Part shown: one piece after another, positions 48,011 to 60,380 of the stretch
Layout of the letters: the number at the start of each line of letters is the position of its first letter
How positions within the stretch are numbered: position 1 is the stretch's first letter
Source of the DNA: Lama guanicoe
Lineage: Eukaryota
Direction of reading: 5' to 3'
Assembly: GCA_013239625.1 (NCBI GenBank)
Contig: MU053645.1
Coordinates: forward strand, 860,274 to 924,273
DNA: 64,000 bases
Made by a program: the position numbers and the translations under genes
Notes under the pieces: generated by a model
What the model was told of the DNA's origin: nothing
Database searches by the model: none
The model's input: only the letters and a program-made list of their open reading frames with translations

Positions 48011-50559
48011 ATACAGAGATCTTATCATTCACTGCAAGGGAAAGCTGCTAAATGAAGGTAGCTAGATTATGACTTGGCATAGGAAGTAAGGCCAGAGAAG
48101 AGAATTGACTAACAATTGTTCCTAGCAGTAGGTAAGTGGCCTCAGTATCATTTACTGAGTTGGCTGGGAAACTCTGTAATTGTGGTATCAGCAATTTCAA
48201 CTACTTCAGCTAAAGCCTGACCATGCTCACCATATATAAAGTTCCTTTGCCTTTGTCAAACCTACATATGTTACTGCTCATGCAATATGCTCTTTACTAA
48301 ACAGAATAATAAAATCCAAGGAATCATATCAGTGCAGACATCCAGCCAGGCCAAACAATTCACTTACTTCAATTAATTAACTGACAAGCTAGTTCAAGGA
48401 ATGCACAGTATAACCCTGATTAACTGGTATGCTTGGGGAATAGGATATTGTAGGTCACTGAATGATGCAAAAGTTGATCAGAAAGCATTTTTGTTGTGCT
48501 TAACCCTTGTTGAAAATTATTTTTAAATGGTCAAGGCAAATTTGCAGTTCATGGGAATGAAATCTAGTACACAGAGTTGCATCTTCACCGGGCAGTTACG
48601 ATCGTTCAAAACTTCATGGTCATCCCTGGGCATGTGAGCACTGACTTTTCAGGGCAAGAGATGGAAAATGAGAATGTCCCAGACTATAGTTTGACCTAAA
48701 AATATTTCCTGGAAGCCATTTTTAAAATGAATTTGTGATACTAGCCTGCTCGGGTTTTCTTGCAAATTAAATGAATAAGAATAGCAACAACAACAATAAT
48801 AATAATGTAGTGTTTTAGTGAAGTAGAGTCTGCTAAAATATTAACTAGCTGCTTAATGTTTGCAAGTAACAGGAAATCATACTTGGACCCTAAGATCTGA
48901 AAGAAATTTTATTATCTTTCAGAGAGAAGGAAACAGAGGTCCAGGGAAAGAAAAAAATGACTGAGCCAAAGTCCCACAATTAATCTTCAACCTGAGACCT
49001 ACACCCAGATTTCATCTTTCAGAATTCAGGGTTTGATCTATACACCCACCATCAATACCAAGTTCTCTGGGGTTATGTTTTCTCTCTAAAGGTTTGGTCT
49101 TGATAGTGTTAACTGGCCCTCTCCACCCTAAATTTCTTGATTTCTTCAAATCAAGACTGTTATTACTATACGTACTTTAAAATGCCTCTTTGGGTTTTCT
49201 TTTTTAACCAGTTCAGAGGTGTAGGCATTATAATGACAAAGCACATTTTTGGATTTTTACATAGTACTTCAAATTAGACAATGCAACGCGGAGTGCTGAA
49301 AATTGTCAGAAGTCCCTTTTTATCTCAGAGGTGCCATGAAATGGAACTTTGAAAAATCATGTCTGTTCTATCCTGTCAGAGCACGGCTGATGTTCTTTGA
49401 TTGAAATGCAAATCTATTTTTTTTCCCCAGAATACCTGTTAGTGCTAAGAAGAACTGCAGTATATAGAGGTGAAAATACATGCTTCCTTAATATGACATT
49501 TTACTATTTTCAGTTGGAACACTTTAATTCAGAAGGAATATAGGTAGGAAAATTACTAGTTTGACTGTGATGCTCACCAGAAGAAATATGTCATTTTTCT
49601 TTCCAAATTAAAATAACTGAGGTGTTTGCTAATTTATCTTCTGAATATGTTTTCTTAGGCACACAAAGAATAAATATTCAAATTACAGACAAATGATGCT
49701 TTCTAAAGTTAAAAGTTTCTCCTTTCACCTTAGAAAAAAAAGAAAAATGAGCCTAATTGTAGGCAGCGTCATATCAAGTCATTTAGGTTCCTTTTTCCCT
49801 CACCAACTACCAGAGTACTCTTTTCAATACAGCGTTTTCAAATAGGCAAACCTACTGGGCTTTTTCAGTAAAAGCCGGGGTGATTTAGTGAGACTGAGCA
49901 CTTTTACCATGAAGGTTTTGAAGTTGTAACTATTGGTGATTCCAAAGGCTAGGATTTTGCATTTGACCGTATATCACATCCACAGAAGACTCCAGTTTCT
50001 TTTCTAAGTACCCACCTTTTAGTCTTTAATATAAATTTATACAATAGTAAAGGATAAAGATTGGAAGCAATTCTATTTTGCTCCTATATACCAATATACA
50101 TCTTTGTGTTTCTCATTTTATTTTCACCACTGTCCAAACATTCACTGTATAATGCTGAAAATAGTAAGAAGCAAGTTATTCCCATATAATTTTGAAAGGA
50201 CTAGCAAACAGATGCCATGTAGGTCAAGCTGCATTATATCAGACACTGACTACATAGAATTGGTATTATATGCCCGACATGATTTCACCAGGAGAACACA
50301 CATTTATATAACAATAAGTAGGGTTGTAAAGCAAACATGATAATGGATTGGTGATGATTTCAGAGAAGGTATCCAAAGAATATTCACATTTTTCACTTGA
50401 ATGTTTTTCCGTAAATGTGGAAATGATGAAGCAAAATGATAAATTCAGTCAATACCTTCTTGAAGATGTTGTGCCTGTTTCACTTTGCCCATATCGACAC
50501 AGACAGGCAGATAATTCAGGCTATATGGAAATCTAGGTTACGACCTGAGTTACTGAGAT

Positions 50560-50772
50560 CAGTACTCTCCAAGAGGCTCTCTGTGATGACAGGCATGCTC
50601 CACATCTGCACCATTCAACATGGTAGCCACTAGCCACATGTGTCTAATGAGCACAAGGTATGTGGCTAGTATGACTGAAGAACTAAAATTTTCATTTTGT
50701 TTAAATTAATTCATTCCAATTTAAATGTAATTAGCCATATGTGGCTAGTGGCTACCATATTGAACAGCATAG
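50560..50772 (+). mobile_element. MER3 hAT-Charlie MITE, full length
   Basis: cagtactctccaa...catggtagccactagccacatgtg...tatgtggctagtggctaccatattgaacagcatag; internal inverted repeat characteristic of MER3. Confidence 0.9.
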
Positions 50773-50819
50773 ATCTAGATTTTTTTCATATTGAATAATG
50801 TCAATCAATCAGTCCGGGC

Positions 50820-51075
50820 ATACTGTGGTTAACACTAGGGTGAGGGAGCATCTGGATTCACTTTCCTAGGTATGAATACTAGATTCCATCACTCACTACC
50901 TGTGAGTGATGGACTTGGGCAAATTATGTAACCTCCCTGAGTTTCAGTTTCTCCACTTAAAAACTAAGGGCAATAATAATAGTCAAATCTCATAGGTTGT
51001 TCTGTAGATTTAATGAGATACCATAAGTGAAACCCACAGCATAATGCCTGGCATAGAGTGACCGTTATTATTATT
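50820..51075 (+). mobile_element. MIR SINE
   Basis: gacttgggcaaattatgtaacctccctgagtttcagtttctcc...cataggttgttctgtagatttaatgagata...aatgcctggcatagagt. Confidence 0.9.
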
Positions 51076-51544
51076 ACTCAATCAACTCCAAAACGTCAAT
51101 TAATTTGGGGTTATATAGACAGTTTAGTGTCAGCAGAGGTATTTCAATGTGTGGCAACAACAAGAACAAAAAAGGTACAGAATGGAAAAGAATAAAAAGT
51201 TGAGGAGTACCTTTTTTCTTCTTAGATAAGATAATTCAACTTTTTTCTTCTTCCTAGGACATATTATGCCAGGGTGGAAAACTGGAAAGTTACTTCTTAC
51301 GATAAAAATATAAGAAGTTTCAATAAGAAATAGCTGAAATTCAAGGGATTTTAAGATTATGAGAGGAGCAGGAGTTTTCATATGTTATGGTGAGAGGGGC
51401 TCTGAAAATATAGGAAGCCAGGAACAAAAAAAAAAGGTATTATAAGTAATTCTTTGGGGGAAGTTCTACCAGAAACTTAGTTACTTCCTTTATTTTTCTA
51501 GCAGAGGCTGCCAGGCTCCTGAAATGGTCTTTTGCTGAACAAAA

Positions 51545-52021
51545 TTCCATGCCAAAGAACAGTATGACACAGACACCTAGTTTTCCCCAGTATCTCCTTC
51601 TTTCTCGAGTGGCAGAATGCCACATTTTTAGCTGATCTTACGGTTACCCAGTATAAAGACTGTATTTCCCAGTTGTCTTAGCAGCTAATTGTGGCCAGGA
51701 GACATAAGTCATAGTCAATTAATAAGTGGAGGTAGAGTATATAAATTATAGAAAATGTTCTTAAAAGGAGAGGTTTGTCCTTCTCTCTTCACTTTTTCTC
51801 CTTCTTTCTGGTTATAATGGCTGGAGGAAGCCCTCTTGGAACATGAGGTCCTTCAGAATGAAGGCCAGGCATGGAAGAGCTCTAAATTCAAAGGGCTAGA
51901 CCATATCAGCCTTGCTACGTAACTCTGCACTTGAACGCGTAAGAGAGACAACACCTATTTTGTTTCAGCCATTCTTATATGTTTTCTGTCAGTCTTAGCC
52001 AAACCAAAGACTAACTAATCA
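51545..52021 (+). mobile_element. MLT1-like (ERVL-MaLR) LTR
   Basis: aaagactgtatttcccagttgtcttagcagctaattgtggcca...aatggctggaggaagccctcttggaacatgagg...tattttgtttcagcca...agccaaaccaaagactaactaatca. Confidence 0.75.
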
Positions 52022-53744
52022 TAGGTGTTCTAGCTTAGACCGTGTAAACATTTCTTTCTGATGAACAAAAGTTTCAAGGCAGATTATCTTCAGTTTTACT
52101 TTTTTTTTTTTTCAAAGTGAGGGACATACTAACAAAGGGCAATCAAATAAGAATTTACTGTACTTTGAAATTCATCCTATACAGGGTTCAGGGAACTAGT
52201 CAAAAATCAAATAGGCTGCTAAAGGACCCATAAAGAGGGAATATCAATGAAGTGCAGAACTATGAATGTCAGAGAAAATATAGCACCATCTTAACAGCAT
52301 CTCTCTCTAGAACAGCAAGAGAAATGGAAAAGTGAAAGCTACATTTTTCAGTGTCCCTAAGACCTGCTTCCAAAAAGCTTCCTTTACACTCAGATGAGAT
52401 ATTTAAATTCATCATGCTGTACCTATGGACAGAAACAGGATTTTTTCCTACCATGTCATGCTAGTTACCGTATGATGAAGACTATTTGCTATAGAAAATC
52501 TGTTGTTGGACACACCATGCAGGTACTTGCTGGTAGGTTGGGGAAGCAAACCAGCCAAAGGTCTCCTAACAATCTTATCCTATTAGAATGAAAAAGATTC
52601 CTTTTAGCTATTCTTTGAAGGATCGATTGGTATTGCATTTTAGGGAGAAAAGATCATTAATCAGAACCATTATTAGGGCAACTCAGTGGTTTTAGAATTC
52701 CACAGCTATTTCTTTAAGAACTAAGAACTTGTACAGTTTTGGGACGAAGTACTCCCACAGGCCTATAAAAAGAAATCAATAGTTTCCCCCAAATTAATAC
52801 TGGATTCGTTATTCAGAGTGCAGGGAGTACTTAATTTTCAAGAGCCATGTGTGAGTATTGACATTTCAACTATATAGACGTTACTTTATTTACTGTAGTA
52901 AAAGCATATTAATGTTGATTTATTTAAACACTTCAGTGAAGTGGCAGTTCAGTTTAATCAAATACCAACCTAATTGGGTTATGTTTGATTTAAAAGTTTC
53001 AAAACACGACTGTAAGATTTGTTAAAGGCTGAATTTAGAAAAGTTATAATCATTAAAAATTTACATTATGTGCTGAGGCTATACTGAGTTTAGTGGCAAA
53101 TTTCCAAGCAGCAGACCTTTTAAAAGACTAATTGTCTGTGACTATGTAATTCCCTCAGCGCTGAGCAGCCCTTGCCATTGACTTGCAAATATGAAGTTAG
53201 AACACTGCCCAGAGCACAGACAAGGAAAAAATGTCTAAAATGTAGAAGGGGGAAACAGGGGTACTGCTATATGATTGCTTCTTTGTTTCTTTGTTTCTTT
53301 CTTTCCTTCTTTCCTTCCTACTAGTTTCCAAATTGCACATTCTACAATTGTCACAGCACCAGCTAAAATTATAATGTTTGATGAGGTATGTCAGCATATT
53401 CAGAAATTCACTCTTCACAACTCTTTTCAGATGTGCCATATATTCCAAGCACGGGATGCCACACATCCCTAGGAAACTTGAAAAAAATGCTGTTGTTGAG
53501 AGAGAAAGGGTATCAACATAACTGAATTGCTCAGGATTCTCTTGGATAATTTTGCATCTTGTAGACAAGGACAGTAAGGTTTTATTGAGCAGAGGGGGAG
53601 GGATGAAGTTCATAGGGTGAAAAATCATTTTGGAACGAAATGAAAAAAGAATAGTTTTTCACCAAGGGTAATATAAATTCCCTGTAATTTAGGTATTTTT
53701 CTCTCATTTTCAGTTTAGGTGATAGAAGCAATAAGTCTCTAAAC

Positions 53745-53901
53745 TTGTGCTGCCTAATAGGGTCACCTATTAATAACATGTGGTTATTGAGAACTTGAAA
53801 TGTGGCTAGTGCAACCAAGGTACTACACTTCAAGTTTTAATTAATTCTTATTAATTTAAATTGCCACATGTTGCTAGCAGTCACTATATTGGACAGTGCA
53901 G
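53745..53901 (+). mobile_element. MER3 fragment
   Basis: acatgtggttattgagaacttgaaatgtggctagtgcaacc...gccacatgttgctagcagtcactatattggacagtgcag. Confidence 0.85.
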
Positions 53902-53982
53902 ATCTAGCAGCTTGATCAAATTGATTTGTTTTGTTTTCAAGATAACTTCATAGGTGACGATGAAAAGATGGGTTCCTCTAAA

Positions 53983-54297
53983 CCTGTAATGTCTAATATG
54001 GCAGCCATTAGCCTCACGTGGCTATTGAGAATATGAAATGGGCCTACTGAAAATCACAATTCATTGTCAGCGCAAAATACACACTGGGTTTCTAAGTATT
54101 AGTATGGAAAAAAAAAAAAAAAGACCGCACTATATCTTGCCAATAATCTTTTATACTGATCACTTTGTGAACTCAGGATTTTTTAAAATACATTGTGTCA
54201 ATAAAGTTTCATTTCACCTGTTTCATTTTATTTGGCTATGAGAAATTTTTACATTACATATGTAACTCACATGATATTTCTTTTGGGCAGTACTGCC
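53983..54297. mobile_element. MER33-like hAT-Charlie MITE
   Basis: tgtctaatatggcagccattagcctcacgtggctattgaga...tttcacctgtttcatttt...acattacatatgtaactcacatgatatttcttttgggcagtactg. Confidence 0.75.
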
Positions 54298-54777
54298 CTA
54301 AACAAGTCAGGCCAATGATTTAGTTCATTAGCATGAAAATATATCATCAGTGAAAAAGCACTGAAGTAGTGCTGCAAAATTTTGCAATTCTTTGACCGAT
54401 TACTCCATTGTTGAATCAACTCTTTCTTTACCACGTGCTTCATGACACATCACGGGAAAACCTTATTAACATCTTATGGCAAATTAACTTGTTCCCCACA
54501 CTGCTTTGGTTCCTTTCCTTCCTCTACCTCGACTGTCCTAATGGACACTCTTCCTGGTATGTGGTCCTTATTCCTTCTTTTCCCGCTTTACTGTCTCGTT
54601 ATCTCCTCATTTCTGCATTAGCCTTGGTCTCATTGGTGGTCTGTGAAGTTGTTTCCAAAACTGAACCTTTAGGATTACTCCCCTCCGTTAGGGGAGATGG
54701 TTTTAAAGCATGAATCCTCCCTCATCCATTCCTTGACCAATGAATAAAGTTTCTATTCATTATACCGAAAAAAAGTA

Positions 54778-54805
54778 AAAAAACAAAACAAAACAAAACA
54801 AAAAA
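54778..54805. repeat. (AAAAC)n repeat
   Basis: Read directly; a similar tract lies at 39783-39809. Confidence 0.9.
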
Positions 54806-56956
54806 TAGATCCTTGAGTCAGTCAGGGTCACCATTCTTTTATTAGGTCTGCTGTATATCTGCCATCTCCTTCTCTCTCTTCTCTTTTCCCTCGATCTATT
54901 GACTCCTAATAAGAGAGTCTCTTTTCTGAGATTAACCGTGTTTTAGGCATGATTTGACACCACAAATTTCCTATGATGCCATCTAATTTTTCTTGGTGAG
55001 AGACACTGACAGCTGTTTTCCAGTTAGCATCCCCATTTTCCATCATATTGTGTCTTTTTCCAAAGCATGATGATTGACTCAGGGAGACTCTACAGCCTAT
55101 TCACAAATCCTAAAGTGCTCACTCTGAAAAGAATTAGGCTAGAGCTGGCACTTTTAAATAAGAAAATCTCTTGTTATAACAGAAGACAAGCGGATGAGGA
55201 GGCATTCACATTTAATGACTTCTAAAATCTTCTCTCAAGAGCATAGGAATCCTACATCATTAGCAGCTGGACTGAAAACCGTCACAGTCAAGCTAATATC
55301 AAGAATTATCACCCAGAAGGAAATATTTCAGGGAATTGAATTCCCCTTCTTGCCAAAAATAAGTGACTAAGTAAATAGATTAATTACTTAGAACAAAATA
55401 AAAGCCATTTTCTGTTTTTATTGACTAAAACAGCATACCAATCTTACACAGGGTAAAATGGCCTACCAAACATACATAAAGGGGTCAAAATTATTGGAGT
55501 TCTGAAAGAAAAAAGGAGACTGAAGAAAATACAAATTATCAAAGCTGTGATAACATTCTGATATAATAATGAATAGTGTCTAATAAAACAAGTCATCTTC
55601 GAAACCAAAATGAAAGCACTCAAATTAAGATCTACCTTCCAAAAAAGGACTCTCTTTATAGAAGGAAAGTATGCAACTTCCTGCACAGGGTGAGACATAA
55701 ATGCACCAGAAACACTTTTGATGCCCCTTCCTCCCCTACCATCAATTACTCTCCATCCCCTCCTACACAGACATGTATACATATACACACACCTGTACCT
55801 TCTTTGGATAATGTAGAATGAAGGAGTCCATTAAGGTACAGCTATCACCTGAGAGGAGAATTATATTAAAAAGAATCTCAACCGTTACCACTTGAAACAG
55901 GCTTTGAGGTCCAATTCCCAGAGAACATAGCCCAAGCTGGAGGGAAATCTAGACAGCCACATTTGGTAAGGCATGAGAGGGCAGCATAGTCCTGGGTATG
56001 GTATGCTTCCTCATGAATGGAAGGAATCATACTAGGAATCTCTAGATACTCAGGAGTAAAGGGAGAGGACAGGATGAGGATTACAATCATATGAAAAGAT
56101 TTGATCTGAAACATAGGAAAAAAGGAGAAAAGCAAGGGAGATAAATAAAGCAGAGTGGAGAACGGACGATGAAAGATGGATGGCATCTAAGAGAGAAATA
56201 ACTAGTAAGAATACAAAAATAAATAACATTGTGCTCAAACCTACCAGTAAATAAGATTTACATGTCATTTTGATAGTCCCAGTCTGCTATATTTAAAATT
56301 TTAACTGAAGTTCTTAGTGAGTCAAGTATCATGTATTTATTTTTAAATGCACTGAATACAATGCAGGGACTAGACAAAGACAGGGATGAGAGGGAAGAAT
56401 CAGTACTTGAATTTATCAAGAGGCAAGAGATGGATTCAGTCTGGAATTTCAGCCTTACTGCCGGTGATGCCTAAAGAAATAGTAACTCAAGTTTTAAAAT
56501 AAACACTAAGAATCAAGTATAGAGAAAGACATAAAAGTTGTAATCCAGGGAGAAATTAAGACCAGAACACTTCTTTTCCCACTCTGGGAGATGGGGGGAG
56601 GGTTAGTCGTGGGACACAAAAAATTCTCTCCTTAGATTAGTATTATTCATGGTAGCTTTCACTTATTGGTTGCTTCAAGACACATTTACTCTCCATCTAT
56701 TTTTCAAAAGAAGCACGTATGTGGTCACGCAATATCCAAAGTAAAAACTGCTGTACATCTGTGGCAAGGAGTACACTCACCAAATGGAATTTTAAGGACA
56801 GTGTAAACTACCCACATGAGCACTTCATATACTATGGAGTCTATGAGAGCCTGGAAGTCTTAATGTACCTTCCTCCTAACTAGCATCTAATTTAATAAGG
56901 GCGAATGAGGCTCAGTCTCTTAGGAGAAGAAAGTATTAATGGTTTTTTCCCCAAAG

Positions 56957-57091
56957 TTTTTTGTTTTGTTTTGTTTTGGGGAGGGGGTAGGTAATTAGGT
57001 TTATTTATTGATTTATTTTTTATAGAGATACTGGGGATTGAACCTAGGACCTTGTGCATACTAAGCAGGCACTGAGCTATATACCCTCACC
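56957..57091 (-). mobile_element. tRNA-derived camelid SINE (Vic-1 type)
   Basis: Minus strand reads ggtgagggtatatagctcagtgcctgcttagtatgcacaaggtcctaggttcaatccccagtatctct: A box partly deleted, B box GGTTCAATCCC. It continues aaataaatcaataaataaacctaattacct and an (AAAAC)n tail. Degenerate TSD cccaaagtttt / cctaaaggtttt. Confidence 0.85.
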
Positions 57092-57189
57092 TAAAGGTTT
57101 TCATAGTCATTGAATTTTCAAAGTAGGAGACACCAAAGGTTATTTAGTCCAATTAAATACTTTAAAAAATAATTTTAATGTAAGTAAGT

Positions 57190-58417
57190 ATTTAATTTAA
57201 TGTAAGTCCAGTTTTAGACAGTCAACTAGTGCTATTAGGCTTACAATAAAAAAGTCCCTGCTGTATCCTCTCCAAAAGCAAAGCACATCCAACTCTTTGC
57301 TCTGTTTCTTCTGTTTACCTCCATATATGTAAATTATACACTTATACTGTGATTTTAACATTTTTTTCACTTTGAAATAGTGTCTGCTGACTTCCAATTA
57401 TAAAATGAGAATTCAGCTTTCCTAAATGCCCCCCTTTGCCCAATACATACACCATATTTAGTTAAATCAATTAAATGTTTACATTACGATTACATTATTT
57501 ATAGTTGAGCTGCCCAGTTTATTATGACTACTTTTCTTTTTCTGTATTGCTTTAAAAAAATTTTTGGAGCTCATTAATTGGCTCATATTTTCATTTGCTT
57601 AGTTTTCTATGCACCAAAATTAATTCATCCCCAAATTCTCTAAAAAATCAAAAACCCTCCTCTAGAATACACATTCAAGTATACTATTAGTCTCATGTTC
57701 TTGGAGGAATCCATCTTCAAGCTCTCTGTCCTCTTGCTCCAATGTATACTGGAGTAGCAACTTGCCAGTTTCTTGCAGTTGAGTATGGAAAGGGAATTGG
57801 AGCTTTTGCTGTTCAATATGTAGACTTCCTCTTATTTCCCCTATTTTCAGTATAAGGCATCTCCTCTGTCCTTGGTTGGGCCTGGTGTCCCTGAGTGCAG
57901 AGCCTCAGTGGATAAGCCTCTCCAAAGAGTAAACACTCAGTTTCCAACCAGACTGGGAGGGGCAGAAGCAGCCACCTGGGAGGACAGAATGGGAAATGGA
58001 CCTGGGGCAGGGGTCTAACTCTTTGCTTTAATGACATTTCATTAGACAGCCTGCTTTCAGTCTCACCCTCCTGCCCTGCCGGAAAAAGTATTTGATATTT
58101 CTACTTTTTGAAACTTTTTGGGATTCTCTGGTAAGAATGTGATTGCTTCTTGATTCCTGACCCCGCTCCTTTGCAGGCTTGGGTTTCACTTATCCAAGGT
58201 CTATTGAATCACTCTAACACTTGTCCATCAGCTTTCCAACTTCCAACTTTTTTTTTGGCCATATCTTGTCTGCTGTCATCTCCTAGCCAGTTGGGGTTGT
58301 TTCTTTTCCTTTGGTAGGTGACATCATTTTTACTTCTTTAATACCATTTTAGTGGAGTGGGAATATGGAATGGAGATACATGCTTGCATTCAGTTCACCA
58401 TGTAAAGCTGAGTCCTT
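57190..58417 (-). mobile_element. HAL1 (half-L1)-like element, internally deleted
   Basis: ttttcatttgcttagttttctatgcacc...aattcatccccaaattctc, ttcctcttatttcccctattttcagta and terminal tgcattcagttcaccatgtaaagctgagtcc resemble recalled HAL1 consensus. Confidence 0.55.
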
Positions 58418-58618
58418 TAAAAATACCATTTAAAATACTATTACGAGCTGGGAGGATTCAGTAGGTACAATTCCACAATATTTGCAAATGACAGAACCAG
58501 GTTCAGAGAGAACCCAGAATTTCTAAGTTTTGTTTCTGTGCACTCTCCACTTATCCTACTGAGTCCCTCAGATGCAAAGGCTGCTATCTTCTTTGTTTTC
58601 ACATTCTAATAAGTGTTT

Positions 58619-59519
58619 TTTAAAGAATTTTACTTTTCTTTTACTTAAGCTGATTTGCTTAAATTTTTCTTTTTTTTTTGAATCATACTTTACAATGCTG
58701 TGTCAATTTCTGGTGTACACCACAATGCTTCAGTCATACATGAATATACATACATTCGTTTTCATGTTCTTTTTCACCATAAGTTAGTACAAGATATTAA
58801 ATATAGTTCCCTGTGCTATACAGTACAAACTTGTTTATCTATTTTATATATACCAGTCAGTATCTGCAAACCTCAAATTCTCAATTTATCCCTTCCCATC
58901 CCCCTCCTCCCAGTAACCATAAGTTTGTTTTCTATATCTGTGAGTCTGTTTCTGTTCTGTAAATAAGCTCATTTGTATTTTTTTTTAGATTCCACATGAG
59001 TCATACTACATTGTATTTTTCTTTCTCTTTTTGGCTTACTTCACTTAGAATGACATTCTCCACATCAATCCATGTTGCTGCAAATGGCATTATTCTTTTT
59101 TATGGCTGAGTAGTATTCCATTGCCTAAATATAGCACCTCTTCTTTATCCAGTCATCTGTCGATGGACATTTAGGTTGTTTCCATGTCTTGGCTATTGCA
59201 AACTGTGCTGCTATGAACATTGGGGTGCAGGTATCCTTTTGAATTAAGGCTCCATCTGGATATGTGCCCAGGAGTGGTGTTGCTGGATCATATGGTAAGT
59301 TTATTTTCAGTCTTTTGAGGAATCTCCATACTGTTTTCCACAATGGCTACACCAAACTACATTCCCACCAACAGTGTAGGAGGGTTCCCTTTTCTCCACA
59401 GCCTCTCCAGCATTTTTCAGCAAATGGTGATGGAAAAACTGGACAGCAGCATGTAAATCAATGAAGTTAGAACACTTCCTCACACCACACACAAAAATCA
59501 ACTCAAAATGGCTTAAAGA
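58619..59519 (-). mobile_element. L1 3' end with a short 5' inversion (59416-59519 is plus-oriented ORF2)
   Basis: Minus [28 protein letters not shown]...KTWKQPKCPS. Plus segment encodes [37 protein letters not shown] ctaataagTGttt (58606-58618) / ctaataagCAttt (59520-59532). Confidence 0.95.
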
Positions 59520-60172
59520 CTAATAAGCATTTAGATCTTTCTATCAAGTATTCTAAGTACAAGGCATTCAGAGGCTTGTGTATTATGGGTTGATGAATTG
59601 CTCTAAGAGTAGTTCCTTTTCCTCATTGTTAAACAGTACCCTACGTATGTTGAGGAACATATAATACTGTAGTTGATATTCATAAAATTAGACTCAGTAA
59701 CTCCAGAATCTTAGTTTGATATTATGATTTAGACTTGGCAACTTCAAAGAGATCATAATTCATTGCTGGTGGTTGGTAAACAGTGGCACTTTTCAGGATG
59801 AAATGAACAACTGAAATATGAAGTGGACAAAATTCCACTGGGCAGTTTTAGAACTCAATGGCAATTGCCTCCCCTCCAACTGAACGTGTGAAAATTAGCA
59901 GTAAACTCAGATGTCTCTTAGAAAACTGGAAAAATGCCCAACTGCCTCTTCAGGATATAAACTATGGTTCTGGTCCCTCACTGTAAGGATGTGGGGAGAA
60001 ATCATTTGGGCTCTCATACCAAAGCAATAACTGGATATGGAAGGGGACAGGGAAAAGGAGGAGGGACTTATTTCACAACAGCCATAAGAAGGTAGTGAAC
60101 GAGGGGAAATGGAAGAAGGGACTGGGGGTTGGAAATTGTCTGTGTTCCTTGCCTAAACAAAAGATTTGGGGA

Positions 60173-60380
60173 CAGTGCTCCCCAACCAGGGTTTTGAAGA
60201 ACACCGGTTTGCTGAGAGTGGGTTCCAGGTTAGCCACCTAATGGATCCCCTTAGTCCTTGGGATGGTTGGGCAGTGTCTGAGGCAGCCAGAGTCCCTGCT
60301 ATTCTCTGATATCTAGTGAACCACACACATATTTTCTTTCCTACATGTGCTCTGATGTGAAAAAGAGTTGGTAATCATTG
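60173..60380. mobile_element. MER112-like hAT-Charlie MITE
   Basis: TIR-like ends cagtgctccccaacc ... tgtgctctgatgtgaaaaagagttggtaatcattg. Confidence 0.6.

Noticed and set aside
50620..50760. Long hairpin-forming inverted repeat
   Set aside because: This is the known internal structure of MER3, not a novel RNA.
53154..53165. 12-bp palindrome CTCAGCGCTGAG
   Set aside because: Many palindromes of this size are expected by chance in 64 kb.
57030..57091. tRNA-like sequence on the minus strand
   Set aside because: It is the head of a SINE with a D-arm deletion and an A-rich tail, not a tRNA gene.
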